Positions 9,894-21,120 are shown, numbered from the stretch's first letter. The stretch is 64,000 bases of DNA from Ignavibacteriales bacterium (GCA_050260055.1 JBLNBO010000005.1:129613-193612), one strand, 5' to 3'. Made by a program: numbers and translations. The notes: generated by a model from the sequence alone, not told the origin.

Positions 9894-9986
9894 ATAGACT
9901 GTTCTCTCTGGGGAGAGAATATTTATGATGCTTTTAAGGAATTAATAAATATTAGAAATTGGTTCCGTGATGCAGGAGAAAGGAAG

Positions 9987-10238
9987 TTGACGATGCTTGA
10001 GGAACTAAAAAGGGCAAAAAAGAAAATTGGTATAAAAGAATGCAGTAAGGCAATAGAGAATGAAAAAGCTTTAATTGCATTTGTTGCAAGTGATGCAGAG
10101 AATAGGGTTGTAAAGCCGTTCGTTGAGCTTTGTAATCAAAAAGCAGTTGAAATAACCTATGTGGACACAATGAGCAATCTTGGAAAAGCTTGTGGAATAG
10201 ATGTAGGAGCCGCTACAGTAGTAATGCTGAAAGAGTGA
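9987..10238 (+). CDS. rplGB: ribosomal protein L7Ae family (YbxF/RplGB-like)
   Basis: ~80 aa L7Ae/L30e-like sequence (ALIAFVASDAE.., NLGKACGIDVGAA); lies between rpoC and rpsL as in Bacillus. Start may be ATG 9993. Confidence 0.85.
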   Translation: MTMLEELKRAKKKIGIKECSKAIENEKALIAFVASDAENRVVKPFVELCNQKAVEITYVDTMSNLGKACGIDVGAATVVMLKE

Positions 10239-10459
10239 CCAGTTGCCAACAAACTAAATAATTAAAAATATCATTTGATATACAAGACGATAAAGCGTTA
10301 ATGGTATATAGAAAAGCAATCTTCAGAAACGAGCAGAGCAAGGCGCAAGGGAAATGAGGGAACGGAGCATATTTTTTATATGTGAGTACCCGAATGACCG
10401 CAGCAACACAGCTATGCGAAGTTTATCATGATTGCATAACAATGAAAGGAGGTGAATAA

Positions 10460-10873
10460 ATGCCAACGTTCAGTCAGCTAACAAGACAAGGTAGGGAAGT
10501 TTTAAAGAAGAAATCAACCGCGCCAGCACTTTTAAGAGGATTTAATTCACTTAAAAAGAAGCCGATTGATATTAACAGCCCTCAAAAAAGAGGAGTATGT
10601 ACAGTTGTTAAAACAACTACACCAAAAAAGCCTAACTCAGCACTCAGAAAAGTAGCAAGAGTAAGACTTACAAATGGAGTTGAAGTAACAGCTTACATTC
10701 CAGGAATCGGACATAACTTGCAAGAGCATAGTGTTGTTTTGATAAGAGGAGGAAGAGTTAAGGACCTACCTGGAGTAAGATACCACATAATCAGGGGAAC
10801 ATTAGATGCTGCTGGTGTTGCCAAAAGAATGCAGGCGAGATCAAAATATGGAGCAAAAAGACCCAAGAAATAA
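10460..10873 (+). CDS. rpsL: 30S ribosomal protein S12
   Basis: [13 protein letters not shown].., [19 protein letters not shown]; RBS AAGGAGG. Confidence 0.98.
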   Translation: MPTFSQLTRQGREVLKKKSTAPALLRGFNSLKKKPIDINSPQKRGVCTVVKTTTPKKPNSALRKVARVRLTNGVEVTAYIPGIGHNLQEHSVVLIRGGRVKDLPGVRYHIIRGTLDAAGVAKRMQARSKYGAKRPKK

Positions 10874-10875
10874 GA

Positions 10876-10906
10876 GTTGACAGTTGGCGGTTGACAGTTG
10901 ACAGTT
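10876..10906. repeat. tandem GTTGACAGTT-type short repeats
   Basis: GTTGACAGTT-ggcg-GTTGACAGTTGACAGTT immediately after the rpsL stop. Degenerate relatives at 10241-10250, 11540-11565, 37216-37240 and (reverse strand) 46130-46155. Confidence 0.7.
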
Positions 10907-11023
10907 TAAAACAATAAATTGCCAGTTATCAACTTTTAAACAGTAACTATTATGTAGTGCAAGGGCTTAACATAGATTTGTTATTTACCAGCACTAACGG
11001 GACTTATTCTCGAGTACCTGTGA

Positions 11024-11524
<501 letters not shown>

Positions 11525-11652
11525 GAGTTAAATTGCTAGTTGGCAGTAACCAGTTAACAATTTAAAAACTATTAACTACAGAAGAAAACTATTGAATTAA
11601 AGCGTAGAACTTTAGTAATAAAGACAGCTTAGGTCATGAAAGGAGGAGAGTT

Positions 11653-13731
11653 GTGCCTAGACAATTCTCGTTAGAAAAAACAAGAAATATAGGAATAATG
11701 GCTCACATAGATGCTGGAAAAACAACTACAACAGAAAGAATTCTGTTTTATACGGGTAAAGTACACAAATTGGGAGAAGTTCATGAAGGTGCTGCAACTA
11801 TGGACTGGATGGAACAAGAGCAGGAGAGAGGTATAACAATTACTTCCGCTGCTACTACCGCTGAGTGGAAAGACCATAGAATAAATATTATTGATACACC
11901 AGGGCACGTGGATTTTACCGTTGAGGTAGAGCGCTCTTTAAGGGTACTTGACGGAGCTGTTACTGTTTTTTGTGCAAAAGGTGGCGTTGAGCCGCAATCA
12001 GAAACAGTATGGAGGCAGGCTGACAATTATAGTGTTCCAAGGATGGCTTATATCAATAAGATGGATATCATGGGAGCTGATTTCTTTAATGTTATCCAAA
12101 TGATGAAGGATAGACTAAAAGCAAATCCTGTACCAATACAATTGCCTATAGGCAAGGAAGACCATTTCCAAGGAATAATTGACCTTGTAAAAATGAAAGC
12201 AGAGTACTATCTTGATGATCTTGGGAAAGAAATAGAAGAGAGACCTATACCAGAAGATATGAAAGATATTGCTGATGAGTACAGGACTATACTTGTTGAA
12301 GCTATCGCTGACCAAGACGAAGAGCTTATGATGAAATATCTTGATGGGAAAGAAATATCCGAAGAAGAAGTTATGAAAGCCATAAGAAACGCAACAATAG
12401 GCATAAACATTATTCCTGTTACGTGTGGTTCATCATACAAGAATAAAGGCGTTCAGCCTCTTTTGGATGCTGTTGTAGCTTACATGCCTTCACCATTGGA
12501 TATACCACCTGTAAGTGGAGTTTCAGCAGATAATGAAGAAGTAATTGAGAGAAAAGCAGATGATAATGAACCATTGTCAGCATTGGCTTTTAAAATAATG
12601 ACTGACCCATATGTGGGTAAGCTTTGCTTCTTTAGAGTATATTCTGGAACACTTACCTCAGGTTCTACAGTAATAAATACAACTAAAGGTAAAAAGGAAA
12701 GAATTGGTCGTTTGCTTCAGATGCATGCAAACCATAGAGAAGAAATAGATATGGTTTATGCTGGAGATATTGCTGCTGCAGTTGGGTTAAAGGATACTAC
12801 AACAGGGGATACCCTATGTGCTGTAGATAATCAGGTTATACTTGAGTCTATGGAATTTCCGGAGCCAGTTATTCAGGTTGCAATAGAGCCTAAAAATAAA
12901 GCTGGTCAAGAAAAAATGGGTATTGCTCTTCAGAAATTGGCAGAAGAGGATCCTACATTTAAGACATTTACAAATCAGGAAACGGGGCAAACCATTATTG
13001 CTGGTATGGGAGAGCTTCATCTTGATATAATAGTTGACAGAATGATGAGAGAGTTCAAGGTTGAAGCAAATGTAGGAAAACCACAGGTTGCTTATAAAGA
13101 GACAATCAAGAAAAAGGTTAAGCAGGAAGGCAAATTTATTCGCCAATCTGGTGGACGTGGTCAGTTTGGTCATGTCTGGATTGAGGTTGAACCTCAAGAG
13201 CCAGGAGTTGGTTATGAATTTGTAAACAAGATTGTAGGAGGAGCTATTCCTAAAGAATATATTCCTGCAGTTGATGAGGGTATAAGAGATGCAATGAATA
13301 GCGGCGTTTTGGGTGGATATGAGGTTATTGATTTGAAGGTAACCTTGGTAGACGGTTCATTCCATGAGGTTGACTCTTCAGAAATGGCATTTAAAATAGC
13401 TGGCTCAATGGCATTTAAAGATGCTTGCAAAAAAGCTGACCCTGCATTGCTTGAACCTATAATGAGAGTTGATGTTGTTGTTCCTGAGGAATATATGGGA
13501 GATGTAATTGGTGATATTAACTCGCGCAGAGGTCGTATGGAAGGTATGGAAGCTAGATCAGGGGCACAGGTTATAAAATCCTTTGTTCCATTATCTGAGA
13601 TGTTTGGATATGCTACTGACCTTCGCTCAAAGACACAGGGGAGAGGAATATACACAATGCAGTTTGACCATTATGAGGATGTTCCTAAATCAATCAGAGA
13701 GAGTATCGTAACAGCATCCCCAAAAGAATAA
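11653..13731 (+). CDS. fusA: translation elongation factor G
   Basis: [27 protein letters not shown] GTPase motifs; 692 aa; follows rpsG. Confidence 0.98.
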   Translation: MPRQFSLEKTRNIGIMAHIDAGKTTTTERILFYTGKVHKLGEVHEGAATMDWMEQEQERGITITSAATTAEWKDHRINIIDTPGHVDFTVEVERSLRVLDGAVTVFCAKGGVEPQSETVWRQADNYSVPRMAYINKMDIMGADFFNVIQMMKDRLKANPVPIQLPIGKEDHFQGIIDLVKMKAEYYLDDLGKEIEERPIPEDMKDIADEYRTILVEAIADQDEELMMKYLDGKEISEEEVMKAIRNATIGINIIPVTCGSSYKNKGVQPLLDAVVAYMPSPLDIPPVSGVSADNEEVIERKADDNEPLSALAFKIMTDPYVGKLCFFRVYSGTLTSGSTVINTTKGKKERIGRLLQMHANHREEIDMVYAGDIAAAVGLKDTTTGDTLCAVDNQVILESMEFPEPVIQVAIEPKNKAGQEKMGIALQKLAEEDPTFKTFTNQETGQTIIAGMGELHLDIIVDRMMREFKVEANVGKPQVAYKETIKKKVKQEGKFIRQSGGRGQFGHVWIEVEPQEPGVGYEFVNKIVGGAIPKEYIPAVDEGIRDAMNSGVLGGYEVIDLKVTLVDGSFHEVDSSEMAFKIAGSMAFKDACKKADPALLEPIMRVDVVVPEEYMGDVIGDINSRRGRMEGMEARSGAQVIKSFVPLSEMFGYATDLRSKTQGRGIYTMQFDHYEDVPKSIRESIVTASPKE

Positions 13732-14021
13732 AAACCTATTGCATTTGAGACAAACACAGTATAAAATTATCCTGCAAATAAAAGCAGGTAATAAATGTAT
13801 GTAAAGGTAAAGACCTTAAGCATAAACAGATTTCTTAGATTCGTTAGCATATGAATTTTAGAAATCGTTATCCAGGTTCATATTGTCACTTATTTGCCAC
13901 TTGAAAGGTGGAATATTAGTGGCAGTAGACATCGGATAAAAATTAAGCCTACAATCAGGCACAAAAATAAATGAAAACGCAGAAACAACCGTTTTCGTAA
14001 TAATGAGGAGGAATTTTAGAG

Positions 14022-15224
14022 ATGGCAAAAGCTAAATATGAAAGAACCAAACCGCACGTAAATATTGGAACAATCGGTCATGTTGACCATGGTAAGACTT
14101 CTTTGACAGCGGCTATAACAAAAGTACTTGGTTTTCAAGGAAAAGCTCAGTACACAGCATATGACCAAATTGATAAGGCTCCAGAAGAAAAAGAAAGAGG
14201 TATTACAATCTCTACAGCTCACGTTGAATACGAAACAGACAATAGACACTATGCACACGTTGACTGCCCAGGACACGCTGACTATGTTAAGAACATGATA
14301 ACAGGAGCTGCTCAGATGGATGGAGCTATCCTCGTTGTATCAGCAGCTGATGGCCCAATGCCACAAACAAGAGAACATATACTTCTTGCTAGACAGGTTG
14401 GCGTTCCTCACATAGTTGTATTCTTAAACAAATGTGATATGGTTGATGATGAAGAATTAATAGAACTTGTTGAAATGGAACTCAGAGAGCTATTAAGCAA
14501 ATATGAATTCCCTGGTGATGATATTCCGATTATTAGAGGTTCAGCTCTTGTTGCATTAGAATCATCAGCTACTTCAGTTGATGCTCCTGAATATCAACCA
14601 ATAATGAAGTTGATGGAAGCTGTTGACTCCTTTATACCAACACCTGAAAGAGCAACTGACAAACCGTTCTTAATGCCTGTTGAAGATGTATTTACAATCA
14701 CAGGTCGTGGAACTGTTGCTACTGGTAGAGTTGAAAGAGGAACAATTAAAGTTTCTGAAGAAGTTGAAATTGTTGGTATGACAGAGGAAACAAAAAAGAC
14801 AGTTGTAACAGGCGTTGAAATGTTCAGAAAATTGCTTGATTCTGCTATGGCTGGAGATAACATTGGAGCACTCCTTAGAGGTGTTCAAAGAAATGATATC
14901 GAAAGAGGACAGGTTCTTGCAAAACCAGGTTCAATCAAACCACACACACACTTCAAAGGTCAGGTTTACATCTTGACTAAAGAAGAAGGTGGAAGACATA
15001 CACCATTTTTCAATGGTTACAGACCTCAGTTCTATTTCAGAACAACTGACGTTACAGGTGTTATCGATTTGCCACAAGGAACAGAAATGATTATGCCTGG
15101 TGACAATATCACAATGACAATCAAACTTATTACTCCTATCGCTATCGAAGAAGGACTCAGATTCGCTATTCGTGAAGGTGGAAGAACAGTTGGTTCCGGA
15201 GTTGTTACATCAGTTATTGAATAA
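14022..15224 (+). CDS. tuf: translation elongation factor Tu
   Basis: [20 protein letters not shown] motifs; 400 aa. Confidence 0.98.
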   Translation: MAKAKYERTKPHVNIGTIGHVDHGKTSLTAAITKVLGFQGKAQYTAYDQIDKAPEEKERGITISTAHVEYETDNRHYAHVDCPGHADYVKNMITGAAQMDGAILVVSAADGPMPQTREHILLARQVGVPHIVVFLNKCDMVDDEELIELVEMELRELLSKYEFPGDDIPIIRGSALVALESSATSVDAPEYQPIMKLMEAVDSFIPTPERATDKPFLMPVEDVFTITGRGTVATGRVERGTIKVSEEVEIVGMTEETKKTVVTGVEMFRKLLDSAMAGDNIGALLRGVQRNDIERGQVLAKPGSIKPHTHFKGQVYILTKEEGGRHTPFFNGYRPQFYFRTTDVTGVIDLPQGTEMIMPGDNITMTIKLITPIAIEEGLRFAIREGGRTVGSGVVTSVIE

Positions 15225-15234
15225 TTATTAAATT

Positions 15235-15270
15235 AAAAAAATCTACGCACTTTCATGCGTAGATTTTTTT
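15235..15270. terminator. bidirectional Rho-independent terminator
   Basis: A-run, ATCTACGCA-ctttca-TGCGTAGAT, T-run. Serves tuf (+) and the small minus-strand ORF. Confidence 0.85.
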
Positions 15271-15294
15271 GTTGTAAGAAAACAAGATATTTTC

Positions 15295-15459
15295 TTAAAG
15301 TTCATCTTCGTTCATATAATTTTCTGTATCGCCTGGCGGGGCCGTGAGCTCCATAAGTTTGGGGTAAGCGGCATCGAAAAAGCCTAATGCTTCTTGTACT
15401 TCCCGAGCGACAGTGGCTTCAATTTTTTCTTCTGATAGGGTTTGGCTACTATTAGCCAC
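15295..15459 (-). CDS. small hypothetical protein (54 aa; below the ORF-track size cutoff)
   Basis: GTG start 7 nt after GGGAGGAG. Translation MANSSQTLSEEKIEATVAREVQEALGFFDAAYPKLMELTAPPGDTENYMNEDEL; ends at the bidirectional terminator. Confidence 0.4.
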   Translation of the reverse strand: MANSSQTLSEEKIEATVAREVQEALGFFDAAYPKLMELTAPPGDTENYMNEDEL

Positions 15460-15744
15460 ATAAGCTCCTCCCTTCGATTGAATTAAATAAGAATTTAAAC
15501 TTATATTCCCCCTTTACAAAATTTTGTAATGGATAAACTATAGTTATAATTTACAGATGATATGAAATAGATTCTAATATAAATTATTAAATTGGTCAAT
15601 GATGTTAAAATATTTGACTTAGTAAACTAATCCAAATAAAATATAATTGGAAAATCAAGAGATAACGAAAGGATGTCAACACAGTATTGGCGTAAAATGG
15701 ATTCTTAAAAATTGTGAATTTATTGTTTTATTATCATTAGTAGA

Positions 15745-16815
15745 ATGGAGATACATATGGAAAAGAAGAAAGTTAATTATAAAAAAATCGGAATAATTAC
15801 CGTGGCGTTGGTACTGGTAGGCTTGAGCGGGTTGATTTATGCCAATTCTGGGAAAATCCTTACAGTTCTTACACCTTTTATTATGGGACTTGTAATAGCA
15901 TATTTGCTAAATCCCCTTGTTAAAATGCTTGAGGCAAGGAAGGTGTCTAGAGGTATAGCAATTGCATTAATCGGGCTGGTGTTTTTGATAATTATATCTA
16001 TTTTGTTGAGTTTATTCATTCCTCTGCTTTACTCAAATATTGTGGACCTGATTTCAAATATTCCAAAATACACTAAGCATTATGAAAATGTTGCCAACTG
16101 GTTTCAGACCAAAGTGAACTACAGTAATATGCCGGTGCAGGTTAAAGATATTTTGGTTTCGCAGACCAAGAATAATCTTGCTTATATTGAAGGGATTTTG
16201 CTTGCTGTGCTAAAGAATTCCCTCAGCGCAGTAGGAAGTATTTTTTCATTCTTTCTAAATTTCCTTATGGCTATATTTTTAGCATATTATTTTCTCAAAG
16301 ATTTGGATCTATTTAAAATGCAGATTGAAAAACTAATCCCCAGAAGATGGCGAGGAGGAGTAAGCGTAACGGCAGGAGAGATAAATGTTATAATTTCAAA
16401 ATATATACAAGGACAGCTTGTAATAGTTGCAATAGTTGCAATTATGGAAACAGTAGGTCTTGCGGTATGCGGAGTAAAGTACTTTATTATATTGGGTTTA
16501 ATCGGAGGCCTAGCAAATTTAATCCCATATTTCGGGCCTTTTATAGGCGCTGCGCCCGCAGTTGCAATAGCATTTCTTGACTCACCGACTAAAGCATTAT
16601 TCGCTCTTCTTGTATTTGTAATAGTTCAGCAAATTGATAATTCAATAATTTCTCCAAAAATAATGAGCGATTCAATAGGGTTGCATCCGGTAACAATAAT
16701 TTTTGCGATATTATTTTTTGGCACTTTTTTTGGAATTTGGGGTCTTCTTATTGCAATCCCTATAACGGCTATAATAAAGGTGATTGGAAAGAAGGTTATT
16801 GAAAAAATAGTATGA
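15745..16815 (+). CDS. AI-2E family transporter (PerM/YtvI-like permease)
   Basis: 8-TM profile and C-terminal NLIPYFGPFIGAAP.. / QQIDNSIISPKIM motifs typical of the family. Confidence 0.85.
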   Translation: MEIHMEKKKVNYKKIGIITVALVLVGLSGLIYANSGKILTVLTPFIMGLVIAYLLNPLVKMLEARKVSRGIAIALIGLVFLIIISILLSLFIPLLYSNIVDLISNIPKYTKHYENVANWFQTKVNYSNMPVQVKDILVSQTKNNLAYIEGILLAVLKNSLSAVGSIFSFFLNFLMAIFLAYYFLKDLDLFKMQIEKLIPRRWRGGVSVTAGEINVIISKYIQGQLVIVAIVAIMETVGLAVCGVKYFIILGLIGGLANLIPYFGPFIGAAPAVAIAFLDSPTKALFALLVFVIVQQIDNSIISPKIMSDSIGLHPVTIIFAILFFGTFFGIWGLLIAIPITAIIKVIGKKVIEKIV

Positions 16816-17948
16816 GAACAATTAAGTTTATACATACTGCGGATATCCACATGGATATCCCTTTAACTTCATTAAATTCATTTAACAATGCTTCGGCAGA
16901 AAGAAGATATCAACAAAGAATTTTGTTTAAGAAGATTATTCAAACCGCTGTTGATAAAGAAATTGATATGCTGCTTATTTCAGGTGACCTCTTCGAGCAT
17001 GAATATACTTCGAAGGGGGCAATTTCTTTTCTGAATGAATGCTTCAATTCTATTCCAAATATCAGGGTTTTCATTAGTCCAGGGAATCATGACCCAATAG
17101 TTCGAAGTTCGTACTATTCTTTTTTTGAATGGGCACCAAATGTTCATATTTTTAACCATACAATTGAAGAGGTAGTTTTAGAAGAACTTGGAGTAAGCAT
17201 ATTTGGCACATGTTTTAATGATTTCCATGTTTATGAATCTGCTCTGAAAGATTTTGAAATTTTGAGTAAAAGCAGGACAAATATTTTGATATCACATGGG
17301 ACGCTTGATTCTATTGGAGGACCAGAAGGTTATCACACTATTTATTCTAAGGAGCTTGAAAAAGCAGGCTTTGATTATATTGCTCTCGGACATATTCATA
17401 GATATCTCCCGGAGCTTGCCGGCAAAAAGGCTTTTTATCCTGGAAGCCCTATGTCACTTGGATTTGATGAGCCAGGGCAGCATGGCATAATTTATGGGAC
17501 ATTAACAGGGAAAAGCTTAGAATACGAGTTTATTCCTATTGACTTAAGGGAGTGCGTCACTCTCCAAATAGATATTAAGGGGTGTGCAACATCAGGGGAG
17601 GCAGTTTCAAAGATTATTTCGGAATGTGAAAATGTTTTAAGGCGTGATAATTACCATCGAATAATAATTGAAGGAATTGTGGAGCCTGAGGTTATCGAAG
17701 AAATTGAATATATCAAAAAAGCTGTTGAATCGCAAACCCAAGGGTATATGGCTCGCTATGATTTTAATCTTTCTTCTGGTTATGATTTGAAAGATATTTC
17801 TAAAGGTAATGACCTTAGAGCAATATTCGTAAGAAAAGTAATGTCAGAAATTGAAAATGCCAGTGATGAATTAGAAAGGCATCGGCATGAGATAATTATG
17901 CAAATAGGATTAAAGGCAATAGACGGGAAGAAGGTGAAATACCTTTGA
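16812..17948 (+). CDS. metallophosphoesterase, SbcD/YhaO-like DNA repair exonuclease
   Basis: FIHTADIHMD, ISGDLFE, GNHD, GHIH calcineurin-like motifs; 4-nt overlaps with both neighbours. Confidence 0.85.
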   Translation: MRTIKFIHTADIHMDIPLTSLNSFNNASAERRYQQRILFKKIIQTAVDKEIDMLLISGDLFEHEYTSKGAISFLNECFNSIPNIRVFISPGNHDPIVRSSYYSFFEWAPNVHIFNHTIEEVVLEELGVSIFGTCFNDFHVYESALKDFEILSKSRTNILISHGTLDSIGGPEGYHTIYSKELEKAGFDYIALGHIHRYLPELAGKKAFYPGSPMSLGFDEPGQHGIIYGTLTGKSLEYEFIPIDLRECVTLQIDIKGCATSGEAVSKIISECENVLRRDNYHRIIIEGIVEPEVIEEIEYIKKAVESQTQGYMARYDFNLSSGYDLKDISKGNDLRAIFVRKVMSEIENASDELERHRHEIIMQIGLKAIDGKKVKYL

Positions 17949-19942
17949 GACTTGAAAAAATGAGAGTAAACGGTTTTGGTAAAATAACAGAAAAAGAGAT
18001 TGAGCTTAATAGAAATTTAAATATAGTTTATGGGTCCAATGAATCAGGCAAATCAACAATCCAAGCTTTTATTAAAGCTATGCTGTTTGGCTTGGGGAAA
18101 AACTTAAAAGCTGGAATACCGGAGAAAGAGAGATTCAGGCCTTGGAAAAGCAGAGAGTATGGAGGTATGCTGGAATATTCTCTTGATAATTTAAAAAAAT
18201 TCAGCATTTGGAGAGATTTTGGCTCAAATCAGGTAAAGGTTAGTGATTCTGGGTATAAAGATATAACCAATGAGTTTGACAAAAGCAAAGCCGGAGGAGT
18301 CCTTTTTGCGCAAGAGCACCTAGGTATCAATTCTGTAATGTTTGAGAGTACATGCTTTATTTCGCAGCTTGGAATAAGGCTTGACTCGGAGAGAGAATTG
18401 CTGATGTCAGATAAAATAACCAACATGCTTGAAACAGGCAACGAAAATGTTTCATATATTCAGGCAGTAAAAGCTCTTGAAAAAGCATTAATTGAAGAAG
18501 TTGGAACTGATAGAACATCTGAAAGACCGCTTAATAAGATAAGAGAAAGAATTCATTTTCTGGAAAAAGAGAGGGCATCATTTGCAAGAATCCTTGAACG
18601 GACAAGAGTTCTCGAAGAAGAACTTGAAGAATTAAAGAGAAACGAATTGGTTTTAAAGCATAAATTTATGGCGGTGGAAGCTTTATGCAATGGTATAAAA
18701 ACAGAGCAGAAATTAAAGAGTATACAATCATCAGATAATAGAATCGGTGAATTAAAATACAATTTGGAACAAAAAAAATCAGAAATCAGCCAAGTTTTAA
18801 GAAATATTCCATCTGGTTCTGCCGTTTTTGATGAAGATGTAGCCAACCATCTTACCAAACTTCAAAGCGAGATTGGAAAGATTGTAAGAAAGTTCAGCCT
18901 TTTGTTTGGCGGTGGAATGGGCATGCTGGTCTATGTGCTCGGAAGAAGTATTGTCATGAGGGATTTTCTAATTACGGATATTATTTTAGAAGCAGCAGCA
19001 CTGATTATAATAATTGTTGGAATCGCTTTATATATTAAGCCTCTTATTACTGGTAAATCTGAAGTCAGGGATATATTATCTGCCGGTTCGGTAAAAACCA
19101 TATCAGAATACTTTGAAAAGAAAAAGGAAATTCAGTTTCTTCTTGAAAAGAAGGGAATATTAGAGGAATCAGCTGAAATCATTCGCAGCCAGATTGGTTC
19201 AATATATGAAGAGAATAAATCAATTCCAGACTCAGGTGAAAGTTATAAAAATATTGATATTCAGGGAATTCCAGATAATATCATTGAAGAGATTAAATTA
19301 ATACAATCGAGTGAGGTTGAAGCTTATTCTAAAGAAACAATAAATCAGCTCAGAAAAGCTGAATTAAAGATAAATGGAGTAGAAACCGAAATCAAGATTT
19401 TATCAGAACAAGCGTCAAGGCTGCCAGAAATTGAAGAACAGCTAGAAGGAGAGAGGCAAGAAGAATTAAAACTAAAAGAATTTGCATGGTGCTTAACAAA
19501 AGCTAAAAAAATACTTGATGAAAGCAGCCAGGAGCTAAAAAATAATACGACTCCGGAATTGTCTAATAGGATTTCAAGTACTGTTTATGACCTAACGAGA
19601 AGATATAACCATGTAAAAGCTGATGCTGGGGGCCAAGGAATAAAGATTATTCTGGAGGATGGAAACGTGATTCCACCAGAGCTGCTAAGCGGAGGGACAA
19701 TAGACCAGGTATATTTTGCATTGAGAGTAGCAGGAATACAGATGCTTTCAGAAAATGGAGAAACTTTGCCTCTTATTATAGATGAACCTTTTTCTCAGTT
19801 TGATGATGATAGGATTAAGCTGACTGCACAAATGTTAGGTAGAATTTCAGAAAAGAATCAGGTAATAATATTCACTTGCAGGCAAAATGAAGTAGACCTC
19901 TTTTTAAAAGAGGTCCCCAGTGCTCAATTAATTAGACTTTAA
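17945..19942 (+). CDS. AAA/SMC-like ATPase, YhaN/SbcC-like, with central TM hairpin
   Basis: Walker A GSNESGKST, coiled-coil middle, two hydrophobic helices, LSGGTIDQ signature and IIDEPFSQFD Walker B. Confidence 0.8.
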   Translation: MRLEKMRVNGFGKITEKEIELNRNLNIVYGSNESGKSTIQAFIKAMLFGLGKNLKAGIPEKERFRPWKSREYGGMLEYSLDNLKKFSIWRDFGSNQVKVSDSGYKDITNEFDKSKAGGVLFAQEHLGINSVMFESTCFISQLGIRLDSERELLMSDKITNMLETGNENVSYIQAVKALEKALIEEVGTDRTSERPLNKIRERIHFLEKERASFARILERTRVLEEELEELKRNELVLKHKFMAVEALCNGIKTEQKLKSIQSSDNRIGELKYNLEQKKSEISQVLRNIPSGSAVFDEDVANHLTKLQSEIGKIVRKFSLLFGGGMGMLVYVLGRSIVMRDFLITDIILEAAALIIIIVGIALYIKPLITGKSEVRDILSAGSVKTISEYFEKKKEIQFLLEKKGILEESAEIIRSQIGSIYEENKSIPDSGESYKNIDIQGIPDNIIEEIKLIQSSEVEAYSKETINQLRKAELKINGVETEIKILSEQASRLPEIEEQLEGERQEELKLKEFAWCLTKAKKILDESSQELKNNTTPELSNRISSTVYDLTRRYNHVKADAGGQGIKIILEDGNVIPPELLSGGTIDQVYFALRVAGIQMLSENGETLPLIIDEPFSQFDDDRIKLTAQMLGRISEKNQVIIFTCRQNEVDLFLKEVPSAQLIRL

Positions 19943-20313
19943 TTAAGTTTATCAGATATAAAGAGATATATTATGAGGCCAAGAAGGATTTCATCATCTA
20001 TGCCGTCCTGAATAAGTAAGATAAATACAAATATCAATAATGCGTCATCGCTCTTTATAAAACTCATTATCCTATTTATTAGAGTTTGAAGGCTCTTGTT
20101 TAAATTATGTGGTTTATGAATATTTTTTTTAGGAATATGATTCTCTTGAACCAGATGGATGTCTTTTTCCATATGGTGTTTTTTTTCATTATAATCTAAG
20201 GGTGCAAAATCATTTGTCCTTTTACTTTTTTTCTCTGTATGAATTCTGCTTATTTTTGAATCCTGGATATAAGCCTTATCGTTATAATTAATCTTGGCGC
20301 GTTGATTTTGCAT
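19939..20313 (-). CDS. hypothetical protein (basic N-terminus, hydrophobic C-terminus)
   Basis: ATG at 20313 lies 1 nt after the upstream stop (TAGaATG), so translation is probably coupled. C-terminal hydrophobic segment ALLIFVFILLI..LLGLIIYLFI. The listed TTG at 20331 is less likely. Confidence 0.55.
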   Translation of the reverse strand: MQNQRAKINYNDKAYIQDSKISRIHTEKKSKRTNDFAPLDYNEKKHHMEKDIHLVQENHIPKKNIHKPHNLNKSLQTLINRIMSFIKSDDALLIFVFILLIQDGIDDEILLGLIIYLFISDKLN

Positions 20314-20314
20314 T

Positions 20315-20683
20315 CTATTCACTACCTTCAATTTTAGTAAAGGTTTCCCAAAGATTTATCATTTTTAAAATCATGAGGCAATCGGCCAATTTATCCTTTT
20401 TTTTATCTGTTAAGTATGGTTTTAGAGAATTCAGCAGTTTTTCCCGGGGGTCATTGCTTTTTTGGGAGGTGTCTAAAACCTGTTTTATCTTAAAGAACAT
20501 CTGCAGAGTTTCTGCATCAAAAGTACCGGATGAATCTTTATTCTCATCAGATTGTGAGTGTGAACTGTTTTCGGAATTTTGCTTTCCCAATAAGCTTAGC
20601 ATATTTTTGATACTGTCTTGAGGGCTGCCTCCTGTTAACAGCTCTTTAATCTGACTCAGGTTTTTTTCCATGTCTTGATTCAT
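20315..20683 (-). CDS. hypothetical small acidic protein
   Basis: RBS GGGGGTGA before the ATG; 122 aa; no recognisable motif. Confidence 0.6.
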   Translation of the reverse strand: MNQDMEKNLSQIKELLTGGSPQDSIKNMLSLLGKQNSENSSHSQSDENKDSSGTFDAETLQMFFKIKQVLDTSQKSNDPREKLLNSLKPYLTDKKKDKLADCLMILKMINLWETFTKIEGSE

Positions 20684-20749
20684 ATTATCACCCCCGTAAA
20701 AATAGTTGCTAGTTAACTTACTCCATTTTAATAGAAGGAAAGAAGTTGA

Positions 20750-21088
20750 TTATTCAGCAATAGCTTGCATTAGAATCTCTATTGCCTTATTTCTATCTGA
20801 GTTAAGGAGTTTTTGAAAATCGGGGCTATTGAATTTTTCAATTATAATAGATTTTTTAGAATCAGGAAGTGAATCAATCACTTTTCCTATATCAAATCCC
20901 ATATTTTTTGGAACCCCTGATATTTTAGAAAAATCCTGGTTTATTATTGCATTCTTTATATCATTAATATCATGGTTCTTAAGTATTTCAATTGCTTTAT
21001 TAACAGATTGTGACATCTTCTTGTCCTCCACATTTGAGAACATACCCATCAGTTGATTTATTAACTTGTCATTCATATAATTGATCAC
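20750..21088 (-). CDS. hypothetical small protein
   Basis: 112 aa ORF, first gene of a three-gene minus-strand unit; start may be ATG 21076. Confidence 0.55.
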   Translation of the reverse strand: MINYMNDKLINQLMGMFSNVEDKKMSQSVNKAIEILKNHDINDIKNAIINQDFSKISGVPKNMGFDIGKVIDSLPDSKKSIIIEKFNSPDFQKLLNSDRNKAIEILMQAIAE

Positions 21089-21120
21089 TCCTATAAGATT
21101 ATTTAATAAATATGAAACTA

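Noticed and set aside
10315-10435. Purine-rich segment with terminal GCAATC/GATTGC complementarity in the rpsL leader, considered as an r-protein autoregulatory leader
   Set aside because: Only a 6-bp closing helix and short internal pairings can be drawn by eye. That is not enough to call a structured RNA without covariation.
16812-19942. SbcD/SbcC-like nuclease-ATPase pair as a possible anti-phage defence system (Lamassu/Gabija-like)
   Set aside because: The domain layout (metallophosphoesterase plus a coiled-coil ATPase with a central TM hairpin) and the overlapping-gene arrangement match the widespread housekeeping yhaO-yhaN pair of Firmicutes. No effector or island context is present.
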